Shown: positions 10,868-21,346, numbered from the stretch's first letter. The stretch: 64,000 nt of DNA from an uncultured Chloroflexia bacterium (GCA_963837215.1 CAWIML010000009.1:490883-554882), one strand, 5' to 3'. Notes: a model not told the origin generated them from the letters alone. Numbers and translations are program-made.

Positions 10868-11245
10868 TCAACCGTGGCCCGCACGGGGCCGGGAAGCCCT
10901 ACGCGCCGTGTCCTCCTCGCAGGGGCAGTCGGCCCGCAGGTGCTCGAACGTGTAGTAGCCCGTGTGATGGCCATCGCCCCATGTCGGGCAGATGGCGTAC
11001 TGGCCGACAAGCTGGATGTCCACGAGCCGCGTCTGGTCCGGCGTCAGCGTCGGCTCCGAGTCGAGCCAACCGGGCATCCCGGCCTCGCCCCGACAGAAGG
11101 CGCAGGGGCAGAGCCAGCGCAGGGTCAGGCCGTCATAGACCGTGCGGTGGCCGTCGGCCCAGTCGATCTCCAGGCGCCCCGCCGTCCGATCGGCGTGGAT
11201 CCGAAGCGGGGAGAGGTACTCACCGCCGGTGACATACGAGCCCAT
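10868..11245 (-). CDS. DUF971 family protein (gamma-butyrobetaine hydroxylase-like N-terminal domain)
   Basis: Intact 125-aa ORF with [30 protein letters not shown]...[20 protein letters not shown]. Confidence 0.75.
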   Translation of the reverse strand: MGSYVTGGEYLSPLRIHADRTAGRLEIDWADGHRTVYDGLTLRWLCPCAFCRGEAGMPGWLDSEPTLTPDQTRLVDIQLVGQYAICPTWGDGHHTGYYTFEHLRADCPCEEDTARRASRPRAGHG

Positions 11246-11264
11246 GTCGAGATGCTAGGCGTCT

Positions 11265-11905
11265 TCAGGCATCCTCGCCGAGCGGCAGCGTGCGCAACAG
11301 CGCGATGTCCGGCCGCGAGGTCGCGCGCTCGTCGGGCTCGGGCGCCAGGCTCACCGCGGCCATCGCATCCGCGACACGGACGAGCGTCCAGAGCCGGCTC
11401 CGGACGCCAGGCAGGTAGGGCGAGTCGGCGCGTTTCGCCACGACCCCCAAGAGGCCGTGAAGCGCCACGACCTGGAGGACCGCATCCGCGCCGGCGGCAG
11501 GCGCCAGGGCCACGAGATGGGGGGCCGCGATGGCCAGTCCGGCCAGGCGGTCGCGCCGGCGCTCGAGCGACTCGGCGAGCAGCGGCCGGCCGGCCACCCA
11601 GAGCAGGTCGCTGATGACCAGCGTCGCGGGCCGGATCGGACCGCTGCTGCCCACGGAGGGCACGGCCAAGAGCGCGGCTGCGCGCCTGCGGCACGACGAT
11701 CTCGCCGTCGAGGACGACGCCGGGCAGGTCCAGCGAGCGAAGGGACATCACGAGGTCCGGGAAGCGCTCGGCGACATCGACGCCTTCGACCAGCAGGCGG
11801 ACCCGGGCGCCAGCACGCGTCGGCCAGCACGCGCAATCCACCCCATGTCGGGTCGACGAGCCGGGCATCATCAGCGGGCAGTCGCCGCGCGAGGCGCGGG
11901 AGCAT
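11265..11905 (-). pseudogene. Degenerate ATP-dependent DNA ligase (LigD-type adenylation domain) remnant with 2 frameshifts; it may start upstream at GTG 12043
   Basis: Pieces in three frames read PMLPRLARRLPADDARLVDPTWGGLRVLA (motif I KxDG replaced by TWGG), LPGVVLDGEIVV (motif III), LVISDLLWVAGRPLL, and GVVAKRADSPYLPGVRSRLWTLVRV (motifs IV-V with the W.K.K lysines lost). No OB domain is present. Confidence 0.55.
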
Positions 11906-12155
11906 CGGGCGCAGATGGTCGGGCGGGTCGGGCAGCTGGGTTTCGAGCTCGAGCGAGCGCTGGCCGGTGAGCGTGGACAGGGCCGGGTCCTCCGTGAAGG
12001 GCGAGGATAGTCCCCGACGCTGCGCGTCGTGCTTCGATGTCACCGCGCCATGGGCTCGCCGAACCGGCTGCCGCTGGCGTCGATGTCCAAGGCACGTGTC
12101 GCCGGTAGACTTGACCGCCTGACCTCCGACCCTCATCCCAGCTCGAGGTGACCAT

Positions 12156-14276
12156 ATGCCGCGCGCCCCGCGCCCGGATGACCTGTTCAGCCTGCGCGTC
12201 CCGACCCAGGTCAGCATCTCGCCGGACGGAACGCAGGTCGCCTTCACCGTGCGCTCCAGTGCCCCAAGGCGTGATGGCTACCGACACGCGCTCTGGCTGG
12301 TGCCTGCCGACGGCTCGTCGCCCGCTCGGCCGCTGACCCTCGGTCGCCGGAGCGACACGCTCCCTCGCTGGAGCCCCGATGGACGGAGCATCGCCTTCCT
12401 GAGCGACCGCGCGGCGATCTTCCAGGCCGCCGGCGTCGCCGATCGGCCGGCGCCGACCGAGGCCCCCAAGGAAGGCGGCACCCAGGTCTGGTTGCTACCC
12501 ATGGACGGCGGCGAGGCGCGCCAGATCACGCGGCTGCCTCGCGACGTCACCGGCATCGCCTGGAGTCTCGATGGCCGCTCGCTCTGCGTGGTCAGCGCCG
12601 CGCTCAGCGAAGCACCCCTACCGCGGAAGGCGCAAGAGGCGATGCCCGATCCGGACATCCGCCAGATCGACCGGCTCTTCTATCAGCTCAACGGGGCGGG
12701 ATTCACCTATGACCGGCCCGGCAAGCTCTGGCGTGTCGACCTCGAATCGGGCGCGGCGAGGCGCCTGACCTCTGGGCAGGCGGACGACGGGCAACCGCGT
12801 TGGAGCCCTGACGGCACGAGGATCGCCTTCGCCTCCAGTCGCCATCGGGACGCAGACCTGCTCTTCCAGCAGGACGTCTACGTCGTCGGCGCCGACGGTG
12901 GCCGCGTGGAGCGCATCACGGCGGGTCGTGGTGAGCAATTCTTCGACGCCCCGACCTGGAGCCCCGATGGCGCCTGGATCGCCGTCGTTGGCCATCGGTA
13001 TCCGGCCGGCGCGGGCTCGCGCGGCGATGTCTGGCGCTTCCGATCGTCAGTCGGCGACGTCGGCGAGAACCTGACGGCTGAAGCCGATCTCTTCGCGGAC
13101 GCGGGCTTGAACTCGGACCTGCTGGGGGCCGGCGGCAGCGCCATCCATTGGAGCGGTGACGGCCGCTGGATCACGTTCGCGGCGCCGATCGATGGCAGCT
13201 ACGAGCTCTGGCGGGTCGAGGCCGAAACGCGGCGTATCGAGCGGTTGACGGACGACCGCCACTTCCTTTACGGGGCCGACCAGGCGGCGATCCGCGGTGG
13301 CTCCCGCGTAGCATCGGCCCGCGTCGCCGCGACCAGCGCCGTGGACATCGTGGTCCACGACCTGCCGGCCGCACGCCTCAAGGATGGGACGCACATCGAG
13401 GGGCGCCGCCTGACCGACCTGATGGGCGAGGCCTGGGCGGACATCGAGCTCGTCGAGCCTGAGACGCGCTGGCACGAGGTCGATGGCCGTCGCATCCAGG
13501 GCTGGTTCCTGCGCGCGCCAGGCACATCGGTCGACAGCCCCAAGCCGCTCGTGCTCCAGATCCACGGCGGCCCACAGACGCTCTACGGCTGGACGCTGAT
13601 GTGGGAATGGCAGTGCCTCGTCGCCCAGGGCATGAGCGTCTACGCCAGCAACCCGCGCGGATCCCAGGGTTACGGTCAGGCATTTGCCGCCGCCAACTTC
13701 GGTGATTGGGGCACCGGTCCCATGGCCGACGTGATGGCCGGCGTGGACGCCCTGATCGCCGATGGCCTGGCCGATCCGCAGCGCTTGGGGGTCACCGGGG
13801 GCTCCTATGGTGGTTACCTCACGAGCTGGATCGTGGGCCACACCGATCGTTTCCGGGCGGCGGTCACCTGCCGTTCGGTCAACGACCTGACCTCGCAGAT
13901 GGAGACGGGCGACATCGCCGGGCCGCAGTTCGGCGCCCTCGAGTACGGAGCCAGCCCCTGGCAGGATCCCCAGCTCTACGTCCGGGAGTCGCCGCTCACC
14001 TACGCCGCGAACATCCGCACGCCCCTCCTCATCCAGCACTCCGAGAAGGACTTGCGCACGCCGATGGGCCAGGCCGAGCAGCTCTTCACCGTGCTACGCG
14101 CGCTGAAGCGGCCGGTCCGGCTGATGCGCGTGCCTGAGGAGACGCACGAATTGACGCGTTCGGGCACGCCCTTCCGGCGCGTCGACAACCTGACCCTCAT
14201 CGGGGATTGGTTCCGGCACTACCTCGTCGACGGCGCCACGCGGCTGCCGCGTGCCCGCCCACCGCGCCGCGACTGA
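12156..14276 (+). CDS. S9 family serine peptidase (prolyl oligopeptidase / acylaminoacyl-peptidase type)
   Basis: Intact 706-aa ORF. It has an N-terminal beta-propeller with repeated SPDG motifs and a C-terminal alpha/beta hydrolase with the nucleophile motif GVTGGSYGGYLT. Confidence 0.9.
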   Translation: MPRAPRPDDLFSLRVPTQVSISPDGTQVAFTVRSSAPRRDGYRHALWLVPADGSSPARPLTLGRRSDTLPRWSPDGRSIAFLSDRAAIFQAAGVADRPAPTEAPKEGGTQVWLLPMDGGEARQITRLPRDVTGIAWSLDGRSLCVVSAALSEAPLPRKAQEAMPDPDIRQIDRLFYQLNGAGFTYDRPGKLWRVDLESGAARRLTSGQADDGQPRWSPDGTRIAFASSRHRDADLLFQQDVYVVGADGGRVERITAGRGEQFFDAPTWSPDGAWIAVVGHRYPAGAGSRGDVWRFRSSVGDVGENLTAEADLFADAGLNSDLLGAGGSAIHWSGDGRWITFAAPIDGSYELWRVEAETRRIERLTDDRHFLYGADQAAIRGGSRVASARVAATSAVDIVVHDLPAARLKDGTHIEGRRLTDLMGEAWADIELVEPETRWHEVDGRRIQGWFLRAPGTSVDSPKPLVLQIHGGPQTLYGWTLMWEWQCLVAQGMSVYASNPRGSQGYGQAFAAANFGDWGTGPMADVMAGVDALIADGLADPQRLGVTGGSYGGYLTSWIVGHTDRFRAAVTCRSVNDLTSQMETGDIAGPQFGALEYGASPWQDPQLYVRESPLTYAANIRTPLLIQHSEKDLRTPMGQAEQLFTVLRALKRPVRLMRVPEETHELTRSGTPFRRVDNLTLIGDWFRHYLVDGATRLPRARPPRRD

Positions 14277-14306
14277 CGAGCAGCGCCGCGGGGTCGCCCA
14301 GCCGAT

Positions 14307-14588
14307 TCAGGCCTCAGGTTCCAGCCAGGCTCGCAGTGGGTCCAGGGCACTCGATTCGAGGTAGTGCCGACGCCTGCGGCCATCGGCCATGGTTCTCACG
14401 ATGTCCGCCCGGCGCAGGACGTCGAGATGCTTCATGACCGCGAAACGGGTCATCGTCGGCGCCAACGTGGCGAGTTCCGCGGTGGTGGCGCCGGCTTCTG
14501 AGCGGAGATGACCGATGATCGCGCGACGTGTCGGGTCTGCGATGGCGTGGCTGAGGGCATCCAATCGGGCGTCTGCAGGCGCCAACAT
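14307..14588 (-). CDS. ArsR/SmtB family transcriptional regulator
   Basis: Intact 93-aa ORF. The winged HTH reads LSHAIADPTRRAIIGHLRSEAGATTAELATLAPTMTRFAVMKHLDVLRRADIV. Confidence 0.85.
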   Translation of the reverse strand: MLAPADARLDALSHAIADPTRRAIIGHLRSEAGATTAELATLAPTMTRFAVMKHLDVLRRADIVRTMADGRRRRHYLESSALDPLRAWLEPEA

Positions 14589-14605
14589 GTGACCATTCTG
14601 TCACA
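14588..14605. promoter_or_regulatory. Palindrome TGTGAC-N6-GTCACA overlapping the arsR start codon, in the arsR/deoC divergent region
   Basis: Read directly: tgtgac cattct gtcaca. This is a candidate ArsR-type operator. Confidence 0.35.
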
Positions 14606-14665
14606 CGACGATGGGATGTGTCCAGCGGGATGGCCATCTCTGGCTTGTCGATGTACGATGCGTGC

Positions 14666-15652
14666 ATGACCTCGACCCTCGACGGCATCGCGCGCGAGCA
14701 GGCGGAGACACGTGCCCACGAACTCGTTCGAGCGTGGGACGGGCGAGCCATCGGGCTCGGTGGGCTCCTCGGGCGCATCGGCTCGGTCGACCAGGTCGGG
14801 GTCGAGGAGCGCGCCGCCTCGCTGGCCAAGCGATCCATCAAGCGTGAGTCGAAGCGCTGGGCGCTCGATCTCGTCATCCGGATGATCGACCTCACCACGC
14901 TCGAGGGTAAGGACACCACGGGCAAGATCCATGCGCTCTGCCAGAAGGCGCGCCGCCCGGATCCGTCGGACCCGGCGATCCCATCGGTCGCCGCTGTGTG
15001 CGTCTATCCGGCCCGCGTCGCGGACGCGCGCGAAGCGCTGGCGGGCAGCGGGATCCACGTCGCCAGCGTGGCGACCGGCTTCCCGTCGGGCCAGACGTTC
15101 CTGGAGCTCAAGTTGCTCGAGACGCGTGCGGCCGTGGAGGCGGGCGCCGACGAGGTCGACATGGTCATCGACCGGGCTGCCTTCCTGGCCGGCGACTATG
15201 GCGCCGTGTTCGACGAGATCGTGGCCGTCAAGGCGGCCGCCGGTGAGGCGCATCTCAAGGTCATCCTCGAGACCGGAGAGCTCGGCACCTACGATGACGT
15301 GCGCCGGGCCAGCGTCCTGGCCATGGCCGCTGGCGCCGACTTCATCAAGACCTCGACCGGCAAGGTGACACCCGCTGCGACGCTCCCGGTCACGCTCGTG
15401 ATGCTCGAGGCGATCCGCGACTTCGAGCGCCGCACCGGGCGAGCCGTGGGCATGAAGCCCGCGGGCGGGATCCGGACATCGAAGGAAGCCATCGCCTACC
15501 TGACCGTGCTCTACGAGACGCTCGGCCCCCGCTGGATGACGCCGGATCGCTTCCGCTTCGGAGCCAGCACCCTGCTCAACGACGTGCTCATGCAGCTGCG
15601 CAAGGAACGCGACGGCCGCTACTCCGGCGGCGACTACTTCACGCTCGATTGA
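14666..15652 (+). CDS. deoC: Deoxyribose-phosphate aldolase (long actinobacterial-type form)
   Basis: ORF 14618..15652; the ATG at 14666 is preferred. Motifs: MIDLTTLEG...VAAVCVYP...EVDMVI...DFIKTSTGK (Schiff-base Lys). Confidence 0.85.
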   Translation: MTSTLDGIAREQAETRAHELVRAWDGRAIGLGGLLGRIGSVDQVGVEERAASLAKRSIKRESKRWALDLVIRMIDLTTLEGKDTTGKIHALCQKARRPDPSDPAIPSVAAVCVYPARVADAREALAGSGIHVASVATGFPSGQTFLELKLLETRAAVEAGADEVDMVIDRAAFLAGDYGAVFDEIVAVKAAAGEAHLKVILETGELGTYDDVRRASVLAMAAGADFIKTSTGKVTPAATLPVTLVMLEAIRDFERRTGRAVGMKPAGGIRTSKEAIAYLTVLYETLGPRWMTPDRFRFGASTLLNDVLMQLRKERDGRYSGGDYFTLD

Positions 15653-15661
15653 GGCAAGGCG

Positions 15662-17207
15662 ATGACGACGAGTGACCGATCGGTCACCAGACGACCGACT
15701 TCCGACTCGGTGGGGCGAGACACGAGCGCCCCGTCGAGCTGGGGTCTCGGCGACGGGCAGGCGGTGCCGTGGGAGTATGCGCCGGCGCCCGAGGCCCGCG
15801 ACATCGTCAAGCTCCAGGCGCGTTACGGCCTCTTCATCGGCGGCAAGGAGGTCGCGCCACGCAGCGGCCAATGGTTCACGACCATCGACCCCGCGACCGA
15901 GGAACCGTTGGCCGAGGTGGCACGCGCCGGGCTCGAGGATGTCGAGCACGCCGTCGGAACTGCCCGACGAGCCTTCCGTCGCTCGTGGGGCGAGCTGCCC
16001 GGGCGCGAGCGCGCCAAGTACCTCTTCCGGATCGCCCGCATCCTCCAGGAGCGGAGCCGTGAGTTCGCGGTCCTCGAGACGCTCGACACCGGCAAGCCGA
16101 TCAAGGAATTCTCGCGATGTCGACATCCCGCTCGTGGCCGCGCACTTCTGGTACTACGCGGGCTGGGCGGACAAGCTCGAGTACGCCTTCCCTGGACGGA
16201 CCACGCGACCACTCGGCGTGGCGGCGCAGATCATCCCCTGGAACTTCCCGCTCCTGATGCTCGCCTGGAAGATCGCGCCGGCCCTGGCCGCCGGCAACAC
16301 GGTCGTCCTCAAGCCGGCCTCCTCGACGCCCCTCAGCGCGCTCCTTTTCGCCGACGTCTGTCGCCAGGCTGACCTGCCGCCTGGCGTCGTCAACATCGTC
16401 ACCGGGCCGGGCGAGATCGGCCTCGGGCTGGTCAAGCACCCCGACGTGGACAAGGTCGCCTTCACCGGCTCGACCGCCGTGGGCAAGGAGATCGGACGGG
16501 CCATCGCGGGCTCGGACAAGGCGCTGACCCTGGAGCTCGGTGGCAAGGCCGCCAACATCGTCTTCGACGACGCCCCGCTCGACCAGGCCGTCGAGGGCAT
16601 CGTCAACGGCATCTTCTTCAACCAGGGCGAGGTCTGCTGCGCGGGCAGCCGGCTGCTCGTCCAGGAGTCCATCGCCGAGCCACTCATCGAGAAGCTCAAG
16701 GATCGGCTGGCGACCCTGCGCGTGGGCGACCCGCTGGACAAGAACACCGACGTGGGAGCCATCAACAACGCCGCCCAGCTGGCCAAGATCGAGGAGCTCA
16801 TCGAAGCCGGGGTGGCCGAGGGCGCCGACCTCTACCAGCCCGCCTGCGAGCTGCCTTCCCGGGGCTACTTCGTGCGTCCGACGCTCTTCACGAACGTCGC
16901 CCAGAGCCACCGCATCGCGCAGGAGGAGATCTTCGGGCCGGTCCTCTCGGTGCTCACGTTCCGAACGCCAGACGAGGCGGTGGAGAAGGCCAACAACACG
17001 CCCTATGGCCTCTCGGCCGGCGTCTGGACGGAGAAGGGCAGTCGCATCCTGAAGATGGTCAAGCAGCTCCGGGCCGGTGTCGTGTGGGCCAATACCTTCA
17101 ACCGCTTCGATCCCACCAGCCCGTTCGGCGGCTACAAGGAGTCGGGCTTCGGGCGCGAGGGCGGCCTGCCGGGGTTGCTCGCATACGTCCGGCTGGAGGA
17201 CCGCTGA
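15662..17207 (+). CDS. NAD(P)-dependent aldehyde dehydrogenase, with one frameshift near 16109
   Basis: The N-terminal part (LFIGGKEV...ETLDTGKPIKE) is joined after 1 extra nt (gaaTTct) to SRDVDIPLVAAHFWYYAGWADK...IIPWNFPLLM...LELGGKAANIVF...FFNQGEVCCAGSRL...EEIFGPV. Confidence 0.85.
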
Positions 17208-18208
17208 TGGCCCGTCCGAAGGCGGTCGCCAGGTCGGCATCGAGCCGTTCGGGATCGAGCCGTTCGATCGCCGTGCGTGGGACGGGCGTCGCCGTGGACA
17301 AGACGGCCGTGGCCGCCGCGCAGGCCGCCGAGCGGATCGCCGTACGCAAGACCTACAAGCTCTACATCGGCGGCCAGTTCCCGCGCTCGGAGTCCGGCCG
17401 CTCGTACGTCGTCCGTGGCGCCGATGGCGCGGTGCTGGCCAACGCGGTGCGCGGGTCACGCAAGGATGTGCGCGACGCGGTCCGGGCGGCGCGGGCCGCG
17501 TACCCTGGCTGGGACGGGAAGACGGCCATGAACCGCGGCCAGATCCTGTATCGGGTGGCCGAGCTGCTCGAGGGACGCCGCGACCAGTTCGAGGCCGAGG
17601 TCGCCGCGGCTGAGGGCCTCGACGCCGCCGCGGCGCGCGAGCAGGTCGATCGGTCGGTCGATCGCTGGGTCTGGTATGCCGGCTGGGCGGACAAGATCAT
17701 GCAGGTCCTGGGCACGGTCAATCCGGTCGGCGCGAGCTACTTCGACTTCAGCATCCCCGAGGCGACCGGTGTCGTCGGCGTGGTCGCCCCCGAGGGTTCA
17801 TCGCTGCTCGGCCTCGTCTCGCGCCTGGCGCCGGTCCTCGTGGGCGGCAACACCGCCGTCGTGCTCGCGTCGGAGGGCCGGCCGCTGCCCGCCGTCACCC
17901 TCGCGGAGGTGCTGGCCACGAGCGACGTGCCCGGCGGCGTCGTCAACCTCATCACCGGCCACCGACGGGAGCTGGTGCCGCCGCTCGCCGCGCACATGGA
18001 CGTCAACGCCATCGATGCGCTCGGCGTGCCGGCCGACCTGCGGACGGCGGTCGACGAGGCCGCCATCGAGAACGTCAAGCGGGTCGCCCGGGTGCCGGCA
18101 GGCATCGCCGACCGGATGGACTGGCTGGATGACCGCGCCGCGCAGCGTCCCGAGTGGATCGCCGCCTTCCTGGAGCTCAAGACGGTCTGGCATCCCATCG
18201 GCCTCTGA
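17207..18208 (+). CDS. Truncated ALDH-like protein (NAD-binding domain plus C-terminal strand, no catalytic domain)
   Basis: The 334-aa ORF starts at TGATG, overlapping the upstream ALDH stop. It aligns by eye to ALDH up to the point where LELGGK is expected (..ENVKRVARVP). It then jumps to an ALDH-like C-terminus (FLELKTVWHPIGL). No catalytic Cys or Glu motifs are present. Confidence 0.7.
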   Translation: MARPKAVARSASSRSGSSRSIAVRGTGVAVDKTAVAAAQAAERIAVRKTYKLYIGGQFPRSESGRSYVVRGADGAVLANAVRGSRKDVRDAVRAARAAYPGWDGKTAMNRGQILYRVAELLEGRRDQFEAEVAAAEGLDAAAAREQVDRSVDRWVWYAGWADKIMQVLGTVNPVGASYFDFSIPEATGVVGVVAPEGSSLLGLVSRLAPVLVGGNTAVVLASEGRPLPAVTLAEVLATSDVPGGVVNLITGHRRELVPPLAAHMDVNAIDALGVPADLRTAVDEAAIENVKRVARVPAGIADRMDWLDDRAAQRPEWIAAFLELKTVWHPIGL

Positions 18209-18277
18209 GTCAGGTCTCGATGCCGCCGACCCGCTGCCACCGAGCGGCTACTCGACGGATCCCGGGCGCATGACCTC

Positions 18278-19459
18278 GTGACCAACGCCCACATCGACAC
18301 CGCCGAGCGTCGTCGTCGGCTCGTCCTCCGGCACAGGCTCCGCCCGGATGCGCCGGCGACATCGGTGGCTGACGCGGCGCGAGCCATGGTCGGGCTCCAC
18401 GCGAGCGATCCGACGACCGTCTTCCTCGCGGCGCGGGCTCGCATCCCGGGCCTGGTGGTCGCGGACGTCGAGCGGGCGCTCTACGAAACGCGAGAGGTGA
18501 TGCGTGTGCTCGGCATGCGGCGCACCCTCTTCGTGCTGCCGCCCGACCTGGCCGTCGTGGTCCGAGCGGCCTGCGCCGCACCCATCGCGAGCGCCGAGCG
18601 CCGCAGGCTGATCGGCTTCCTGGAGGCCGCCATGCCCGGACGCGACGCGGTCGCGTGGCTGGCGACGGTCGAGGCAGATACGCTGGCCGCGCTCGACCGG
18701 CTCGGCGTCGCCGCCGCGACGGAGCTGACCCGCGAGGTCCCGGCGCTGGCCGAGCGGTTCCACTTCGGTGCCGGAAAGCGCTGGGAGGGCAGCGTCGGCC
18801 TCTCCACGCGGCTGCTCTTCCTGATGGCGGCGGAGTGGACGATCGTCCGCGCCCGCCCGCGCGGCAGCTGGGTCAGCGGCCAGTACCGCTGGTCCCGCCT
18901 CGAGACGTGGGCACCGGAGCTGCCGGCGACGCCATCGCCCGAGGCCGGACGCCGCGCGCTCATCGCGGGCTGGCTGGCCAGCTTCGGCCCCGGCACCGAG
19001 CGGGACCTGGCGTGGTGGAGCGGGCTGCCGCTGGGTCAGCTGCGAGCGGCGCTGGGCTCGCTTGACGTGGCGACCGTCCGACTCGACGAGGGGGAGGGGA
19101 TCGCCCTCGCCACCGACCTCGAGCCCACCGAGCCGGCCGCGCCAACGGCCACGCTACTGCCTGGCCTCGATCCGTCGCCGATGGGCTGGAAGGTGCGGGA
19201 GTGGTTCCTCGGCCCGCACGGCGAGGCGCTCTTCGACACGACCGGCAACGTCGGGCCGACCGTCTGGTGGGACGGCCGGATCGTCGGCGCCTGGAGTCAG
19301 CGACCTGACGGGAGCGTCGTCCACTTGTTGCTCGAGGACGCCGGGCGCGAGGCATCGGATGCCATCGAAGCCGAGGCCGCATCGTTGACGGACTGGTTCG
19401 CCGGCGTCCGCGTCATGCCGCGCTTTCCGACTGCGCTCCAGAAGGACCTCGCGAGCTGA
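18278..19459 (+). CDS. Winged-helix DNA-binding protein, YcaQ/AlkZ-like (DUF1006) putative DNA glycosylase
   Basis: Intact 393-aa ORF with motifs typical of the family (MVGLHASDPTTVFLAARARI, RTLFVLP, QYRW, VWWDGRIVGAWS). Confidence 0.7.
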   Translation: MTNAHIDTAERRRRLVLRHRLRPDAPATSVADAARAMVGLHASDPTTVFLAARARIPGLVVADVERALYETREVMRVLGMRRTLFVLPPDLAVVVRAACAAPIASAERRRLIGFLEAAMPGRDAVAWLATVEADTLAALDRLGVAAATELTREVPALAERFHFGAGKRWEGSVGLSTRLLFLMAAEWTIVRARPRGSWVSGQYRWSRLETWAPELPATPSPEAGRRALIAGWLASFGPGTERDLAWWSGLPLGQLRAALGSLDVATVRLDEGEGIALATDLEPTEPAAPTATLLPGLDPSPMGWKVREWFLGPHGEALFDTTGNVGPTVWWDGRIVGAWSQRPDGSVVHLLLEDAGREASDAIEAEAASLTDWFAGVRVMPRFPTALQKDLAS

Positions 19460-19462
19460 CGC

Positions 19463-20191
19463 TCAGGTCGGGCCGAAGGCCCCCAGGCGCTGTCGCAGGC
19501 CGAGCGCCAGCTCCCCGCCGCGCCCGACCTGGTCGTGCTTGAAGAAGACGTAGGCGTCCGTGCCACTGGCGAGGAAGGGTTCGAAGCGGGCCGCCCAGGC
19601 ATCGAGCTCCGACGGCGCGTAGTCGTCGCGCCGCAGACGAGCATAGATAGCGGGGCCTGTCAGACGCAGCGTGGGCGGCTCAGGCGACTCGGGCAGGTCG
19701 GTCGCGCAGAGGATGGCCCCCTTGGTCTGCAGTCGAGCGTGGACCTCGTCGTCCACCCACGACGGGTCCTGGAACTCGAGCACCAGCGGGACATCGGGCG
19801 GCCAGGCGGCCAGCAGCCGTTCGAGGCGCTCGTCGGAGCGCGACTGCTCCGCGCCGACGCGAAAGAGTACGGCGCCCAACCGCTCTCCGAAGCCGCGCGC
19901 AGGCTCGAGCAGCCAGGGCAGGCTGCCCACCGGATCGGTCGCCCATGCCCGCATCGTTCCGCTCCGCAACGCCTTGACCACGAATCGGAACCCGGGCGGC
20001 GTGGCCGCCAGCCAGCCCGCGATGGTGGCCGGCGAGGGCGAACGGTAGAAGGTGCCGTTCAATTCGACCGCCGGCAGGCGCATGGCGTAGGCCGGCAGCA
20101 GGTCCGCAGCGCGGGTGCCGGCCGGGTAGAAGCGTGGCACCCAGGCTGGATATCCGAAGCCGCTCGTGCCGACGTAGAGGCGACCGGTCAC
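19463..20191 (-). CDS. DUF72 family protein
   Basis: GTG at 20191. The sequence reads VTGRLYVGTSGFGYPAWVPRFYP...VELNGTFYRSP...FRFVVKA...VLEFQDPSW...YVFFKHD. Confidence 0.8.
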   Translation of the reverse strand: MTGRLYVGTSGFGYPAWVPRFYPAGTRAADLLPAYAMRLPAVELNGTFYRSPSPATIAGWLAATPPGFRFVVKALRSGTMRAWATDPVGSLPWLLEPARGFGERLGAVLFRVGAEQSRSDERLERLLAAWPPDVPLVLEFQDPSWVDDEVHARLQTKGAILCATDLPESPEPPTLRLTGPAIYARLRRDDYAPSELDAWAARFEPFLASGTDAYVFFKHDQVGRGGELALGLRQRLGAFGPT

Positions 20192-20231
20192 GACATCCGC
20201 GCTCGGACGACCCCGCCGCCGTTCCGTGCCG

Positions 20232-21336
20232 TCACTGCCAGCGGAAGTAGCGGGCCGAGACCAGCAGGCAGGCCGCCATCCAGCCGGCGAGGACGACCAC
20301 ATCGATCGCCAGCGGCACCATCGGGACGCCACCGACCATGACCTGACGGAGCGCGTCCCCCAGGTAGGTCAGCGGCATCAGCAAGGCCACGCCACGCAGC
20401 CACTCGGGCAGCAGTTCGAGTGGGAAGAAGATGCCCGACAGGAACATCATCGGCACCGATACGATCTGCGTGATCCCATTGGCTGCCTCCTCGGTCTTGG
20501 CGAACGAGGCGATGACGTAGCCGAGGGCGATGAAGGTCAGGGCACCGAGCACGACGAGCGCCGCCACCGCCAGCGGCCCGCCGGTGATGCCGACCTCCAT
20601 GAACACGACGCCGATGCCGACGATGATGACGGTCTGGACGCCCGCCAGGAGCAAACGCACGACGACGTTGCTGCCGACCAGGGTGTGCCGCCGGAGCGGC
20701 GTCGCGGAGAGGCGCTTGAGGACCAGCTTCTCGCGCAGCACCACGAGCGGGATGGCGGCGAAGACGCCGAGCTGCATGAGGGCCATGGCCAGGATGCTGG
20801 GCACGAAGAAGCTGGCCGCGCCGAGGCTGGCGGTCTGGAGGGACTCCCGCTGCACGCCCACGACGGGCGACCGGCCGGAGAGCTCGAGGTTCACGGCGCC
20901 GGCGACGCCGGCCACCGTCTGGCTGATGGCTGCGGCCGAGGCCTGGGCGCTGGCGTCGGTGTAGACGATCAGCTCGACCGATGGCGGGGAGCCACCCGTA
21001 CGTCGCCTCGTCGAGCGCAACGCCCAGGCCCTCGGGGACGACGATGATGGCGTCCACGTCTCCGTCAAGCATGGCCGCGCGAGCCGTCTCGAGGTCGGGC
21101 TGGTCGACGGGCACCAGGATGGTCGTCCGGGCGACCGCGTCGCGCATCTGGCCTGCGGCCGGTGTCCCGTCCTGGTCGACCCACGCGACCGTGTACTCGG
21201 GCGTGCCGCCGCCGGAGAAGATCGTGCCGAAGAGCACGATGAAGATGACCGGGAACGCGATCGTCCAGAAGAGCGCCGCGCGGTCGCGCACGAAGCTCTT
21301 GAGGTTGGCGATGGTCAGGGTCCACAGGGCGCGCAT
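20232..21336 (-). CDS. ABC-2 type transporter permease, with one frameshift near 21005
   Basis: The N-terminal part is MRALWTLTIANLKSFVRDRAALFWTIAFPVIFIVLFG. The C-terminal part is ORF 20232..21068, a six-TM ABC-2 core. The length of 1105 nt is not a multiple of 3. Confidence 0.8.
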
Positions 21337-21346
21337 ACCGAGGGCG

